The position numbers and the translations under genes were made by a program. A DNA stretch of 64,000 bases from Candidatus Obscuribacteraceae bacterium (GTDB taxonomy: Bacteria > Cyanobacteriota > Vampirovibrionia > Obscuribacterales > Obscuribacteraceae). The notes below the pieces were generated by a model. The model was not told where the DNA came from, made no database searches, and saw nothing but the letters and a program-made list of their open reading frames with translations. The number at the start of each line of letters is the position of its first letter. Position 1 is the stretch's first letter. This document shows, piece by piece, positions 30,834 through 41,037 of the stretch. The stretch lies in contig JBGAHS010000001.1 of assembly GCA_044226015.1 (NCBI GenBank), positions 1,056,001 through 1,120,000 on the forward strand. Reading direction: 5' to 3'.

Positions 30834-32429
30834 CTAATTGCGTGTGAGCTTGTAAGCTGTCTTCACTAAGTTGAATGCAGCTGATGCGCTGAACTTTCCT
30901 TCCTGGAAAACTTCTTTGATGATGGCCTGGCGAATGCTCGCACCGCCCTCTTTCCAGATGAGCTTTTGCGCAAAAGGAAACGCCGCATCAACGAAGTTGA
31001 ACTCAGGGTTGATTGTGATTGCGACTCCTTCCAGAGTCAGTAGCGCTCGCATAATGTATGTGAAATCAGATGGCAATTTGAATGGATATCGGTAAACCAC
31101 ATCTGAGAAATCGAAAAGAACTTTGCGGAATCGCACGCGGGTAATTCCCTCGTTAAATCGCGCCTCCAGAATCGGCGTCAGCTCCTCACACAGTGCGTCA
31201 CGATCGGCAGCTGGGTCCAGGAAACCCATCTCGACGAAATCGTCAACTATGTGCCTGTATTCGCGTTTGACGACGTGCATGAATGCATTAGCCATTGCTT
31301 GCTTCAAATGAGGTTGGACACGTCCAACCATGCCGAAGTCGAATATGCCTACGCGTCCATCAGGCATGATGCGCATGTTGCCCGGGTGCGGGTCGGCATG
31401 GAAGAAACCATCTTCAAGCAGCTGCTTCAAGTAGAAGTTGACCCCAACCGCGGTAAGTTCGGTGCGATCGATGCTCAATTCTTCCAACGCATTTACGTCA
31501 GTGATTCTGGCACCAGGTACATACTCAATGGTGAGCACACGTCGACCGGTCATCTTCCAGATAATGCGTGGAATGTAAATGCGTTCATTGCCACGGAAAT
31601 TATTTCTGAATCTATCAGCGTTTCTACCTTCTCTGATGTAATCAATTTCTTCAAAGGTCGTTTTGGCAAATTCTTCGATAAGGCTTGGCCAATCGGTATG
31701 TCTGCACATGCTCGGATAACGCATGACCTCATCAGCTACGGCGCCAAGAGTTTCAACATCACGGGAAATAAGCTGAGTCAGGTTTGGTCGTTGAACTTTC
31801 AAAACAACTTCGCGACCATCATGCAATCTCGCTTTATACGCCTGGCTCAAACTTGCCGCAGCTATAGGTTTTGAATCGAATTCAGCAAATAACTCTTCAG
31901 GAGCTTTACCCAGATCTCGAATGATGGTGGCACGAGCGACATCATAAGGAGTTGCTTGTACTTCTTCTTGTAAGCTGGTCAGCTCAAGCATCGTGGGCAA
32001 CGGAACGAGGTCTGCCCTCGTGGACATAGTCTGTCCTATTTTTATAAAAGTAGGACCAAGATTGAAAAGTTTGGTGCGCAACCAGCGTCCAAGTTCGCGA
32101 TATTCCTCGAACTCTTGTGCACTCATCGCGTGTTGCTCATTATCCGAAGCTGGTGGAGACATGTCTTCAACACCGAACTCAGCCTCACGAATCATGCGCT
32201 CGTATTCAGCCTGGTGATATTTAGCGAAACCTTTGACCGTGACGATGATTGTCCAGGCGATCGGAATCACGCGCAGTGCTCCATCAAGCCCCTGCGTTCT
32301 GTAGATGCGCCAGAAAACTCTCCAGCAAGACATAAACAACTTCCAGGCTGTTACGTCTCGAAAAGTCTCTTTGATTGGGTCGTAGCCAATTTCTGTAGCC
32401 AAGCTTTTTATTCCGAGTTGGGTTCGCAA
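30834..32429 (-). CDS. ABC1/UbiB/AarF-family kinase
   Basis: LGPTFIKIGQ, AAASLSQ, VLKVQRP, FFHADPHPGN, DFGMVG. Confidence 0.95.
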   Translation of the reverse strand: MRTQLGIKSLATEIGYDPIKETFRDVTAWKLFMSCWRVFWRIYRTQGLDGALRVIPIAWTIIVTVKGFAKYHQAEYERMIREAEFGVEDMSPPASDNEQHAMSAQEFEEYRELGRWLRTKLFNLGPTFIKIGQTMSTRADLVPLPTMLELTSLQEEVQATPYDVARATIIRDLGKAPEELFAEFDSKPIAAASLSQAYKARLHDGREVVLKVQRPNLTQLISRDVETLGAVADEVMRYPSMCRHTDWPSLIEEFAKTTFEEIDYIREGRNADRFRNNFRGNERIYIPRIIWKMTGRRVLTIEYVPGARITDVNALEELSIDRTELTAVGVNFYLKQLLEDGFFHADPHPGNMRIMPDGRVGIFDFGMVGRVQPHLKQAMANAFMHVVKREYRHIVDDFVEMGFLDPAADRDALCEELTPILEARFNEGITRVRFRKVLFDFSDVVYRYPFKLPSDFTYIMRALLTLEGVAITINPEFNFVDAAFPFAQKLIWKEGGASIRQAIIKEVFQEGKFSASAAFNLVKTAYKLTRN

Positions 32430-32543
32430 ATAGGAGTTAGATATCCCTGGACCCCTATATTACGAGTATAGTTCCGTTGTCAGGCGGAATGGGACATAAA
32501 ATTAAGCTTGTTCGAAACAAAGAGCAAACGCACCTGAATCCAA

Positions 32544-33272
32544 CTACATCCGGACGCCGATGGCTTGATTTTGTAAATCGATTATCTCTTTCACACCTTT
32601 TTCGGCCAATTTCATCAGGTCAGCCAGTTTTGTGTGGTCGTAAGGCTTATCCTCGGCCGTCATTTGGATTTCGAGAATTTTGCCAGATTCAGTCAGCACA
32701 AAATTACCGTCCATTGCAGCCTGTGAATCTTCCTGATAATTAGGATCAAGCAATAGTTGTCCATTTATGTCACAAACGCTGACCGCTGCCATCGCTTCGA
32801 CAATTGGAAGGCTATCCCACTGGCATGATTTGCGCAGCTTCAGCAGGGCATCATAGAGCGCAACGTAGCCGCCACTTATGCTGGCGACTCTGGTGCCTCC
32901 ATCTGCCTGTAAAACGTCACAATCGATGGTAATGGTTCGTTCGCCTAGATGTCTTCTGTCTACAATTGCTCTAAGCGATCTACCAATCAGTCTTTGAATT
33001 TCCAGCGTTCGGCCGGAAGCCTGGCCCCTTGTCACTTCTCGTGTAGAGCGTACCAATGTGGAACCTGGTAGTAATGAATATTCGGCAGTTATCCAGCCCT
33101 CACCCTTGCCCATGAGAAACGCGGGAACGCGCTCTTCAATCTTGGCGGTGGTCAGTACTTTTGTATCGCCAAATTCGACGAGTACCGAACCGTCTGCGTT
33201 TTTTGTGAAACCGCGGGTGAATTTTATAGGTCTTAGCTGGTCCCATTGCCGATTGTCTCGTCGGCGAATCAT
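32544..33272 (-). CDS. rph: Ribonuclease PH
   Basis: GSVLVEFGDTKV, GWITAEYSLLP, GRTLEIQRLIGRSLR, DCDVLQADGGTR. Confidence 0.97.
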   Translation of the reverse strand: MIRRRDNRQWDQLRPIKFTRGFTKNADGSVLVEFGDTKVLTTAKIEERVPAFLMGKGEGWITAEYSLLPGSTLVRSTREVTRGQASGRTLEIQRLIGRSLRAIVDRRHLGERTITIDCDVLQADGGTRVASISGGYVALYDALLKLRKSCQWDSLPIVEAMAAVSVCDINGQLLLDPNYQEDSQAAMDGNFVLTESGKILEIQMTAEDKPYDHTKLADLMKLAEKGVKEIIDLQNQAIGVRM

Positions 33273-33502
33273 GCGCTCGCTCGCTTTCTAGTCTTATTTA
33301 CTAAGGGGATGAGAGGTATTTTAGCGGCATATACCAATCAAATATACCCGCAAGCGACCGAATAAACTCTATTGCCAGCCTGCATTGGAATTTTTATGAA
33401 GTTAACTTGATAACGTCCAAAAATTTTTTGGCATTTTCTGGAACCAAAATACCCTCATTCACATCTAGGGTGCCAGAAGAAAGATGAAAAACTGAACGAA
33501 AG

Positions 33503-33547
33503 AAAAGAAAAAACAAAACCGCACTGAAGCAGTTGCTCAGTGCGGTT
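33503..33547 (-). terminator. Intrinsic terminator of the Thr-rich lipoprotein gene
   Basis: AACCGCACTGA/TCAGTGCGGTT stem with an A run on the plus strand (U tail on minus). Confidence 0.75.
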
Positions 33548-33616
33548 CTGTTTACGATATCGTTTGAGTTTCAAGTTAGTAACTTGCAACTTTATGCTGC
33601 ATCAAACTACATCAAA

Positions 33617-33871
33617 CTACTTAGACTCAGTGCTGGTTTCGGTAGTGGTGGTGGTGGTAGCAGCGGTATCAGTGCCAGTTGCAGCAGCTGTATCGGTAGC
33701 AGCAGCAGTCGACGTTTCAGTTGTTGTTGTCGTTGTTGCTGGTGTTGTAGCGCTGGTGTCTGTTGAAGTAGTTGTAGTGGTTGTTGTTTCACCACCACCA
33801 CTGCAAGCTGATAGTGCAGCAGCCATTACAACGCTTGTAGCAGCTAGAGCTATTGTTTGGAATTTAACCAT
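33617..33871 (-). CDS. Small Thr-rich lipoprotein
   Basis: AAGGAG SD, signal peptide with LSAC lipobox, mature part made of T/A/S/E/D repeats, own terminator. Confidence 0.8.
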   Translation of the reverse strand: MVKFQTIALAATSVVMAAALSACSGGGETTTTTTTSTDTSATTPATTTTTTETSTAAATDTAAATGTDTAATTTTTTETSTESK

Positions 33872-34101
33872 AAAACCTGTTCGTCTCCTTCTCTATGGTA
33901 CGCCCTTCGTGGATGTATATCCTGTTTGGCTCCGCCCACTTGCTCATTGACAAGTTAGTAATTGCAGCCAATCTAAGCGGCCGCAATGATAACACCGAAA
34001 TCAACTGTGAGCAATTACTTTCTTTTATAGCGCTTAACTTTATGCGTGCAGAGCGCCGTCGCAATTAGATGCGGTGATTAACAAAGCGGACATTGTCGTT
34101 G

Positions 34102-35637
34102 TCAACGTAAGATAAGTGATTTGCCTGTCATCTCTTTAGGCTTCGTAATCTTCATGATTTCAAGAAGAGTCGGTGCGACATCTTCTAGCGATCCATTGGA
34201 TAGCTTTGTGGATCCGCCAAGTTGACCGCTGAAGTCTGCCACTATCAGTGGTACCGGGTTGGTCGTATGAGCAGTGTGTGGTTCGCCAGTTTTTAGATCT
34301 ATCATCTGTTCAATGTTGCCATGGTCTGCAGTGATGATTAGTGAGCCGTTCATCTTTCTGGTCGACTCGAGAAGTCTGCCGAAAGCCTCGTCGACGCTTT
34401 GTACGGCATCTATTCCTGCTTCCATGAAACCCGTGTGTCCGACCATGTCGGGGTTAGCGAAATTGATTACAATAAATGGATATTTTCCAGACTCGATTGC
34501 CTGGCAGGCCATTTCGCAAACTTTTGGCGTTTGCATGTTGGGTGCTTTGTCGTAGGTCGCTACCTTCAGAGATGGAACCAGTACTCTCTCTTCATCTGGA
34601 TTTTCAGCTTCCTTGCCGCCATTGAAGAAATATGTAACGTGAGCATATTTTTCAGTTTCAGCAACGTGAAGTTGTTTTATGTGATGGCATGCAAGCAGCT
34701 CTGGCAGAGTCATATGCATATCTTGCGATGGCAATTGCTCGGGCGAGAAAGCAACCGGCAATTTCAAACTGGAATCATATTCGGTAAGGCAAACATAAAA
34801 AATGTCTGGAACTACCGGTCTTTCAAATCCACTGAAATCAACTGTTGTGAGAACTCGGCTGATTTGTCGAACTCTATCCGGACGGAAATTAAAACAAATT
34901 ACCGCATCACCAGTTTTGATAGGACGATTGTTTACGACTGTAGGAAGAACAAACTCATCTGACTCGCCTCTTTCGTAGGCGAGTTCTACAGCTTCCAATG
35001 CTGATTTTGCTTCTAGTCCTTCTGAAAGTACAAGTGCACGCCAGTATTTCTCAATTCTTTCCCAGCGGCTGTCTCTGTCCATCGCGTAGTATCTGCCGCC
35101 AACGACACCAACAATGCCGTTCTTTTGAGCTAGCTTTTCTTCGAGTTCTCTCATAAAACGCTTAGCTGATTTTGGTGGCGTATCACGTCCATCAAGAATA
35201 GGGTGCACTACAAGTTCGGGCACCTTTTCTCTGCTGGCTAGCTCTAGAAGACCATCGAGATGGTCCGGGCTTGAGTGCACGCAGCCATCGCTCACTAGTC
35301 CGATAAGATGCAATGCCGAATTATTTTTTCGTGCATGCTCGGAGGCGGCGGTGAAGCATGGGTTTTTGAAAAAGGTTCCATCAAGAATGGTTTTGCTTAT
35401 TTGGGTGAGTTTCTGTATGACAACTCTTCCGGCACCAATATTCAGGTGTCCGACCTCAGAATTGCCCATCAAACCAGGCGGCAAACCCACAGCAATTCCA
35501 GATGCATCCAGCAAGCTGTTGGGAAACTTTGCCAACATAAGTTCGTAGTTAGGTGTTTTGCTGGCAAGAATTGTATTTCCGCGGCGCTCTTCGCTGACGC
35601 CCCATCCATCAAGGATAAGAAGAGTTACTGGTCCCAC
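34102..35637 (-). CDS. gpmI: 2,3-bisphosphoglycerate-independent phosphoglycerate mutase
   Basis: LILDGWG, MGNSEVGH, GRYYAMDRD, AETEKYAHVTYFFNGG, TADHGN; GTG start after AAGGAGG. Confidence 0.97.
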   Translation of the reverse strand: MGPVTLLILDGWGVSEERRGNTILASKTPNYELMLAKFPNSLLDASGIAVGLPPGLMGNSEVGHLNIGAGRVVIQKLTQISKTILDGTFFKNPCFTAASEHARKNNSALHLIGLVSDGCVHSSPDHLDGLLELASREKVPELVVHPILDGRDTPPKSAKRFMRELEEKLAQKNGIVGVVGGRYYAMDRDSRWERIEKYWRALVLSEGLEAKSALEAVELAYERGESDEFVLPTVVNNRPIKTGDAVICFNFRPDRVRQISRVLTTVDFSGFERPVVPDIFYVCLTEYDSSLKLPVAFSPEQLPSQDMHMTLPELLACHHIKQLHVAETEKYAHVTYFFNGGKEAENPDEERVLVPSLKVATYDKAPNMQTPKVCEMACQAIESGKYPFIVINFANPDMVGHTGFMEAGIDAVQSVDEAFGRLLESTRKMNGSLIITADHGNIEQMIDLKTGEPHTAHTTNPVPLIVADFSGQLGGSTKLSNGSLEDVAPTLLEIMKITKPKEMTGKSLILR

Positions 35638-35780
35638 GCGTCCTCCTTCGATTAGTAGCAATTGAGCTTTAGTTGCTAAGAAAAAGTTCCTATTATAGGT
35701 TGGTTTGTAATTAGTGATAAAAACTTCTGCGCTTGGCTGAGCTTTGCGCTACTCTTTTTGTACGCGCCCGAGAAGACACG

Positions 35781-36584
35781 ATGCAAAGTCATGAGCTTTC
35801 GAAAAAAGATGAGGAAAAGGCTCTGCCAGAGCCTGATCAGACGCAAGCTTCGGGTGATGGTTGGGAGTCGGCTGGCGCCGCATTGCCAGCCGCAGAGCCG
35901 ATAAAGGAAGCATCAGTTGTTGTCGCCGAGGCTGCCCACGAGCTGAGATTACCTATCGCTAATATAAAACTTCTGGTTGAAACGCTTCTTGATGGAGCGC
36001 TTGACGATAGAGAGGTTTGCAAGAGAATGCTCAAACGTGCCTATCAAGAGGTTGAGCGCTTGCAGGCTTTAGTATCTGACTTGCTGGCACTTGAGCAGGT
36101 GGCCGAGCGGCGCAATGATTTGAAATGCGAATGGATGCTTTTGAAAGAACGCGTGAAGTACGCAGTTGAAAGTGTCTCGAAACAAGCAAGAGAGAAGTCC
36201 GTGGAAGTGCTCATAGACATTGATGATGCACTTCCCATCTTTGCCAACAAGGGGCAGCTCGACCAGGTGATTTTGAATCTATTGGAAAACGCTGTGAAGT
36301 TCACCGAAGATGGTGGGCGCGTTTCGATCATTGGTGGACCGAAGCCCGGGTGTTTCCGCATCGAAGACACCGGTATTGGTATGCCCGAGTCAGAGATTCC
36401 CAAAATTTTTTCCAAGTTTTATCGCATCGACAAAAGCATTTCAAAAGGCGGAACTGGTCTCGGACTTTCTATCGTGAGGCAAGTTCTTGATCTGCACGGT
36501 GCTAAAATTTCAGTCAAATCACAGGAAGGTGTGGGCTCCTGTTTCTCACTTGAGTTTCCCAGTTCAAAACCAGGAGTTCGTTGA
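35781..36584 (+). CDS. Cytoplasmic PhoR-like histidine kinase lacking a sensor domain
   Basis: AHELRLP H-box, NLLENAVKF, DTGIG, GGTGLGL; adjacent to the regulator and phoU. Confidence 0.85.
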   Translation: MQSHELSKKDEEKALPEPDQTQASGDGWESAGAALPAAEPIKEASVVVAEAAHELRLPIANIKLLVETLLDGALDDREVCKRMLKRAYQEVERLQALVSDLLALEQVAERRNDLKCEWMLLKERVKYAVESVSKQAREKSVEVLIDIDDALPIFANKGQLDQVILNLLENAVKFTEDGGRVSIIGGPKPGCFRIEDTGIGMPESEIPKIFSKFYRIDKSISKGGTGLGLSIVRQVLDLHGAKISVKSQEGVGSCFSLEFPSSKPGVR

Positions 36585-36586
36585 GT

Positions 36587-37330
36587 ATGAGCAAGACACA
36601 ACAAAAGATCATGCTCGTCGATGACGATGACACCATAGTAGAGACTCTGGAATTCAATTTAAGTCGGCAAGGCTACGGCATAACTATTTTTCGCAATGGT
36701 CAATCTGCACTTTCCGGTGTGGATCGTTCTAGCCCTGATTTGATTATTCTTGATTGGATGCTGCCTGATATGGTGGGTCCAGAAATCTGTAAAGTCTTGC
36801 GCAGCCGTGCGGTTGAAGTGCCAATCTTAATGCTTACAGGGCGTTCTACTCCGAATGATGTGGCGGAGGGGTTGCGTTCTGGTGCAGATGATTACCTGGC
36901 TAAGCCTTTTAGTACCGTTGAACTGCTAGCCAGAGTGCAAGCGCTTCTGCGCCGAGCTGGAAAAAATCCACGCTCCAGCAAGCTTATTGTTGGCACACTG
37001 GAATTAGATGAGGAAGCTCGCTCTGTCACTCATAAAGGCAAGAGCATTGATGTTTCTCCAAAAGAATTCAATTTACTCAAAGTGCTGATGATGAATGCTG
37101 GTAAGACGATGTCTACAGAGGTGCTGCTTAACCAGGTTTGGGGTTATGATTTCCAGGGAGACGCTAAAACGGTTGCTGTGCATATTCGGTGGCTGAGGCA
37201 AAAGTTAGAGAAAGACCCGCAAAATCCAGAATTGCTGGAAACAGTGCATCGATTGGGTTACAGGCTCAATCAAAACAAAGAAGAGCTTAGTGGTGGCAGC
37301 AAAGAGTCAACGCAGGAGAATGGAAAGTGA
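36587..37330 (+). CDS. PhoB-like response regulator
   Basis: ILDWMLP, KPF, TVAVHIRWLRQKLE, ETVHRLGY. Confidence 0.9.
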   Translation: MSKTQQKIMLVDDDDTIVETLEFNLSRQGYGITIFRNGQSALSGVDRSSPDLIILDWMLPDMVGPEICKVLRSRAVEVPILMLTGRSTPNDVAEGLRSGADDYLAKPFSTVELLARVQALLRRAGKNPRSSKLIVGTLELDEEARSVTHKGKSIDVSPKEFNLLKVLMMNAGKTMSTEVLLNQVWGYDFQGDAKTVAVHIRWLRQKLEKDPQNPELLETVHRLGYRLNQNKEELSGGSKESTQENGK

Positions 37331-37968
37331 AAACTAGAGCTGTCACTTTGATGAAAGAAGATGTGCTTGCTCTGGGGCGCCTTGTTAGTGAAACCATGCA
37401 AGAACTTTCACGTGTGCTCAAGAAAGATTCAAGTGCTAAGTTTGAACACATGATCAAGTATGAGGAGCAAATCAATGCTGCCTGTCAGAAAATTGAGGAG
37501 AAGTGTCTCGACCTTCTGAACGAGAATAAGGATTTGACCCAGGCTGAAAACAGAGCTCTGGTTGGTAGCACGTTGATTGCTGCGAAGTTTGAGCGCCTGG
37601 CTGACCATGCTTATCGCGTGGCGAAGTATGTTTCTTGGGTCGCGTCGGAAGATGTTCAGATTCCTCCCGAATTTTTAGAAATAGTGGGTGTCGTCTCTCG
37701 CATGGTTGACGACGTGTTGCTCTGTTTTCTGACTGATAATGTTGAGCGCATCGAAGAGATTATGCAGCGCGACAGTCAGATCGACTATTTGCATGATTGG
37801 CTCTCTAAGCAACTTTTGCAGGATATTGGAGAACAAAATCAGGAAGATGCTCAGACCACAATGCAGCTTCTATTTTGCATTCGTTATCTCGAGCGTATGG
37901 GTGATGCCTGTACATCTGTGGCAAAACGCGTACACTTCATAGTTACTGGTAAACGTATTGGAACTTAG
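37327..37968 (+). CDS. phoU: Phosphate signalling protein PhoU
   Basis: Two helical repeats with ERLADHA and LERMGDAC. Confidence 0.9.
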   Translation: MKTRAVTLMKEDVLALGRLVSETMQELSRVLKKDSSAKFEHMIKYEEQINAACQKIEEKCLDLLNENKDLTQAENRALVGSTLIAAKFERLADHAYRVAKYVSWVASEDVQIPPEFLEIVGVVSRMVDDVLLCFLTDNVERIEEIMQRDSQIDYLHDWLSKQLLQDIGEQNQEDAQTTMQLLFCIRYLERMGDACTSVAKRVHFIVTGKRIGT

Positions 37969-37983
37969 TTGAGGACTTAAGAT

Positions 37984-39060
37984 TTGCCCATTCTAATTCT
38001 TGCTGGCGAAGAAGAGTTGCTGATTTCTGAACGAATTGAGCATGCTAAAGAGCAGCTGCTCGACCCTGCCTGGGCTTCATTCAATCTTGCGCGCATCAAC
38101 AAACCTGAGCTAAAGCAGGTAATTGATGAATCTGCCACCGTTCCGTTTGGTCCTGGTAATAAGCTCATACTATTTGAGCAATGCGAGTTGTTTACCAAAA
38201 AGCGTGGTGGCAAATCTGATGATGATTCGTCAAAGGCCAAAGCTAGCGGAGCCAAAGCAGAGAAGCTGTTAGATGACCTTGATAAAGCGCTTGCAGGTGT
38301 CGCTCCTAACACTTATTTGATATTCAGTTGTCCCGCAAATTTCGATAAGACCTTGAAAGTTTCAAAGGTTTTTGAAAAGCACGCTGACATTGAGACTTTT
38401 GAAAAAATGAAGTTCTGGCCCGGAGCTGCCAACCCAGAGCTTATGAACTGGTGCCGCAAGCGAGCCCATAAATTTGGTGCAGTTATTGATGATGAGGCAA
38501 GTGATTATCTAGCTGAGAGCAATGATGCTAACTTGCGAATGATAGCAATGGAAATTGAGAAAGCTGCTATCTATATTCTGCCTGAAAAACGCATAACACT
38601 AGAGGTGGTGGCACAGCTTAGTCCGCACTTCTCCAATGTTTTTGCTTTGCTAGACCATTGGGTTTATGGAAACAGCGATCAGGTGCTTTCAAATGTGGAA
38701 GAGGTTCTTTCCAAACAGTCTGCTATTCCAGTATTTGCTGCAGTTCAGACCACGCTAAGTAAGTGGCTGACAATTAAGGCTGCTTCCGAGCGTGTTATCG
38801 CTAGCTTGCCTGGCGGTCGTGGGATTCAGCGGCGTGAATTGCCGGTTTCTGAAATGCAAAAGAGGCTGCAAACAGAATTGAAAATAAATCCTTGGGTTTT
38901 GAAAAACGATCTCGAACGTTTGCAACGGGTCAGTCTGGAGAAATTGGTTAGCAAAAAGCGAGAATTGACAAGGCTGGAGAAATTGGTTAAAAGCGGCATG
39001 CTGGCTGATTCGCATGCCTTGACCATGTTTTTCAGCTCAGAGGACCTGCACGCTCATTAA
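37984..39060 (+). CDS. holA: DNA polymerase III delta subunit
   Basis: ILILAGEE..., LDPAWASFN, TVPFG, MEIEK pattern. Confidence 0.82.
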   Translation: MPILILAGEEELLISERIEHAKEQLLDPAWASFNLARINKPELKQVIDESATVPFGPGNKLILFEQCELFTKKRGGKSDDDSSKAKASGAKAEKLLDDLDKALAGVAPNTYLIFSCPANFDKTLKVSKVFEKHADIETFEKMKFWPGAANPELMNWCRKRAHKFGAVIDDEASDYLAESNDANLRMIAMEIEKAAIYILPEKRITLEVVAQLSPHFSNVFALLDHWVYGNSDQVLSNVEEVLSKQSAIPVFAAVQTTLSKWLTIKAASERVIASLPGGRGIQRRELPVSEMQKRLQTELKINPWVLKNDLERLQRVSLEKLVSKKRELTRLEKLVKSGMLADSHALTMFFSSEDLHAH

Positions 39061-39078
39061 CAATAAAGAGGAAGCCGT

Positions 39079-39801
39079 ATGCCCGAATCGCAGTTCGTAA
39101 TTGATGAAATCACTGCCAAAGACACCTGGCGTATTTTTCGCATTATGTCAGAACTTGTTGAAGGTTTTGATTCCATGTCCAGGGTCGGACCTGCGGTAAG
39201 TATATTTGGTTCTAAGCGTTGTTTGCCCGGCGACCCTGAATATCTGTTGGCCGAAAACCTATCCTTTAAGTTAGCCCAGGCTGGGTTTGCTGTCATAACT
39301 GGCGGTGGACCAGGCATCATGGAAGCCGGCAACAAAGGCGCCATGGAAGCGGGTGGAAGGTCTGTTGGACTGAACATAAAGTTGCCAGAAGAAAAAAGAC
39401 CCAACCCGTATCAAACCGTGAGTCTAGACTTCAGGTATTTCTTTCTACGAAAGCTGATGTTCATCAAATACGCTATGGCATTCATCATTTTGCCTGGTGG
39501 CTTTGGCAGCCTTGATGAATTATTCGAAGCGCTAACACTAATGCAGACCAATAAGATAAAGCGCTTTCCACTTTATTTAGTTGGTTCGGATTTCTGGGGC
39601 GGACTTGTTGATTGGATGCGCACCACTGTGGTTAAGCGGGGATTACTTTTTGAAGACGAGCTATCTCTTCTTACTGTAATTGATGACCCTGATGAACTTG
39701 TGCGTCAGATAAGCTGGTGCGAAAAGGAAAAGTGTTATCTCAGTCCTGAAGGTATTCGCGCTTTCTATAAGGGGTTGACTTCAGATGAGCCCGAAAAATA
39801 A
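39079..39801 (+). CDS. LOG-family Rossmann protein (TIGR00730-like)
   Basis: ITGGGPGIMEA, FFLRK, PGGFGSLDE. Confidence 0.93.
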   Translation: MPESQFVIDEITAKDTWRIFRIMSELVEGFDSMSRVGPAVSIFGSKRCLPGDPEYLLAENLSFKLAQAGFAVITGGGPGIMEAGNKGAMEAGGRSVGLNIKLPEEKRPNPYQTVSLDFRYFFLRKLMFIKYAMAFIILPGGFGSLDELFEALTLMQTNKIKRFPLYLVGSDFWGGLVDWMRTTVVKRGLLFEDELSLLTVIDDPDELVRQISWCEKEKCYLSPEGIRAFYKGLTSDEPEK

Positions 39802-39939
39802 GTCAAGATGAATTCTTCCGGCAACTCTCCCAGATCTGCAAGCATTTCAAAAAATCTGAATGGTTCGGTGATGCGAAACAGCGGAGCCGCCACACAAATC
39901 TTTTTGCAATAACTGTTATCGCTCATGGGCTTGCTCTGA

Positions 39940-41028
39940 TTAGTGAGAGTGCCTTTTACGAAGTGCGAGTTTTTCCAATCTTCGCGCCTCTGCTTTTACA
40001 GAAGCAATTCGTTCTTCATTGAGTGGATGTGTTGAGAGCAGCCCCAGTGCTTTGTTGTCTGAACTGCTCGGGTCTTTTTGCAGGCGCTCGAAGAATGCAA
40101 TCATTGCATCTGGACGATAGTCGCTGTCCAGTGCGAGCTGAACTGATGCCATGTCCGCATCATGCTCTTGTGCTCTGCTGTAGCGTAAGCTGTCCATGTC
40201 CTTTGCGGTAGATAGGGTCTGCGCAATTTCGTCTGCATGCTCTGGGCTAGTCAGTCCGAGGCAGACTTGTACGACAGTCCAGAGTCCCATCTGGTGTCCC
40301 CATTTTTTCAAAGTATCTCGATGAATGACATGTCCGATTTCATGCCCTAGAACGCCAGCAATTTCGGAGTCGTCCGTGGCGCGTTGCAGCAGTCCCCGGT
40401 TTACAACGATGATTCCGCCGGGGTAAGCAAATGCGTTTATGTGGTCATCTGATGCCACAATAAATTCAAAACTATAAGGGTTGTTTTTCAAGTGAGAGAC
40501 CAATCGCTGTCCGATGCGATTTAGTCGCTCAAGATCAGGTCCGGAAGGATCCTTTCTCACGTTTGTTGAGAGCAGCCTTCCAAAGCTTGATTCTGTGTGG
40601 GGATCCATGCTGGTAATTAGAGTGGTGCACAGCCAGTCTGCCGAAAAGTAAAAAGCTAGAAAAAACACACCCACAATTCCTAGTGTTTTCCACCAATAGG
40701 TCTTTTTCTCGCTGCTAACTCTGTAAAGCTTCAGTTCTACTTCCTTTGCTTGGTTGGCAATCCTATTTTCGCCACAATTTTGCAAAGCCGATATTAACTG
40801 GTGATCCTCCGAAACAATTGACACACCCCGTGTCGCATCAACGAGTTTTATGCGATCCTCATTATGCCCGCCTAACTCAATCTCAAAGTCTGAAAGAGAC
40901 AGAACTTCGTTGGTATTCTCATTAAGAATGATCGCAACTTTGTTGTTTTCCAAAAAAGAAAGGTCTCCATTGGAGAACTTTCCAGAACTATCCCCATAAA
41001 ATCTGACTTTGTAATTGCGTTCGTCCAT
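39940..41028 (-). CDS. M48-family metallopeptidase
   Basis: NAFAYPGG, HEIGH, SRAQEHDAD, STHP. Confidence 0.92.
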   Translation of the reverse strand: MDERNYKVRFYGDSSGKFSNGDLSFLENNKVAIILNENTNEVLSLSDFEIELGGHNEDRIKLVDATRGVSIVSEDHQLISALQNCGENRIANQAKEVELKLYRVSSEKKTYWWKTLGIVGVFFLAFYFSADWLCTTLITSMDPHTESSFGRLLSTNVRKDPSGPDLERLNRIGQRLVSHLKNNPYSFEFIVASDDHINAFAYPGGIIVVNRGLLQRATDDSEIAGVLGHEIGHVIHRDTLKKWGHQMGLWTVVQVCLGLTSPEHADEIAQTLSTAKDMDSLRYSRAQEHDADMASVQLALDSDYRPDAMIAFFERLQKDPSSSDNKALGLLSTHPLNEERIASVKAEARRLEKLALRKRHSH

Positions 41029-41037
41029 TACATGGTC

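Noticed and set aside
33533..33950. Plus-strand Val-rich ORFs
   Set aside because: They are antisense shadows of the Thr-rich lipoprotein, which has the SD, lipobox and terminator
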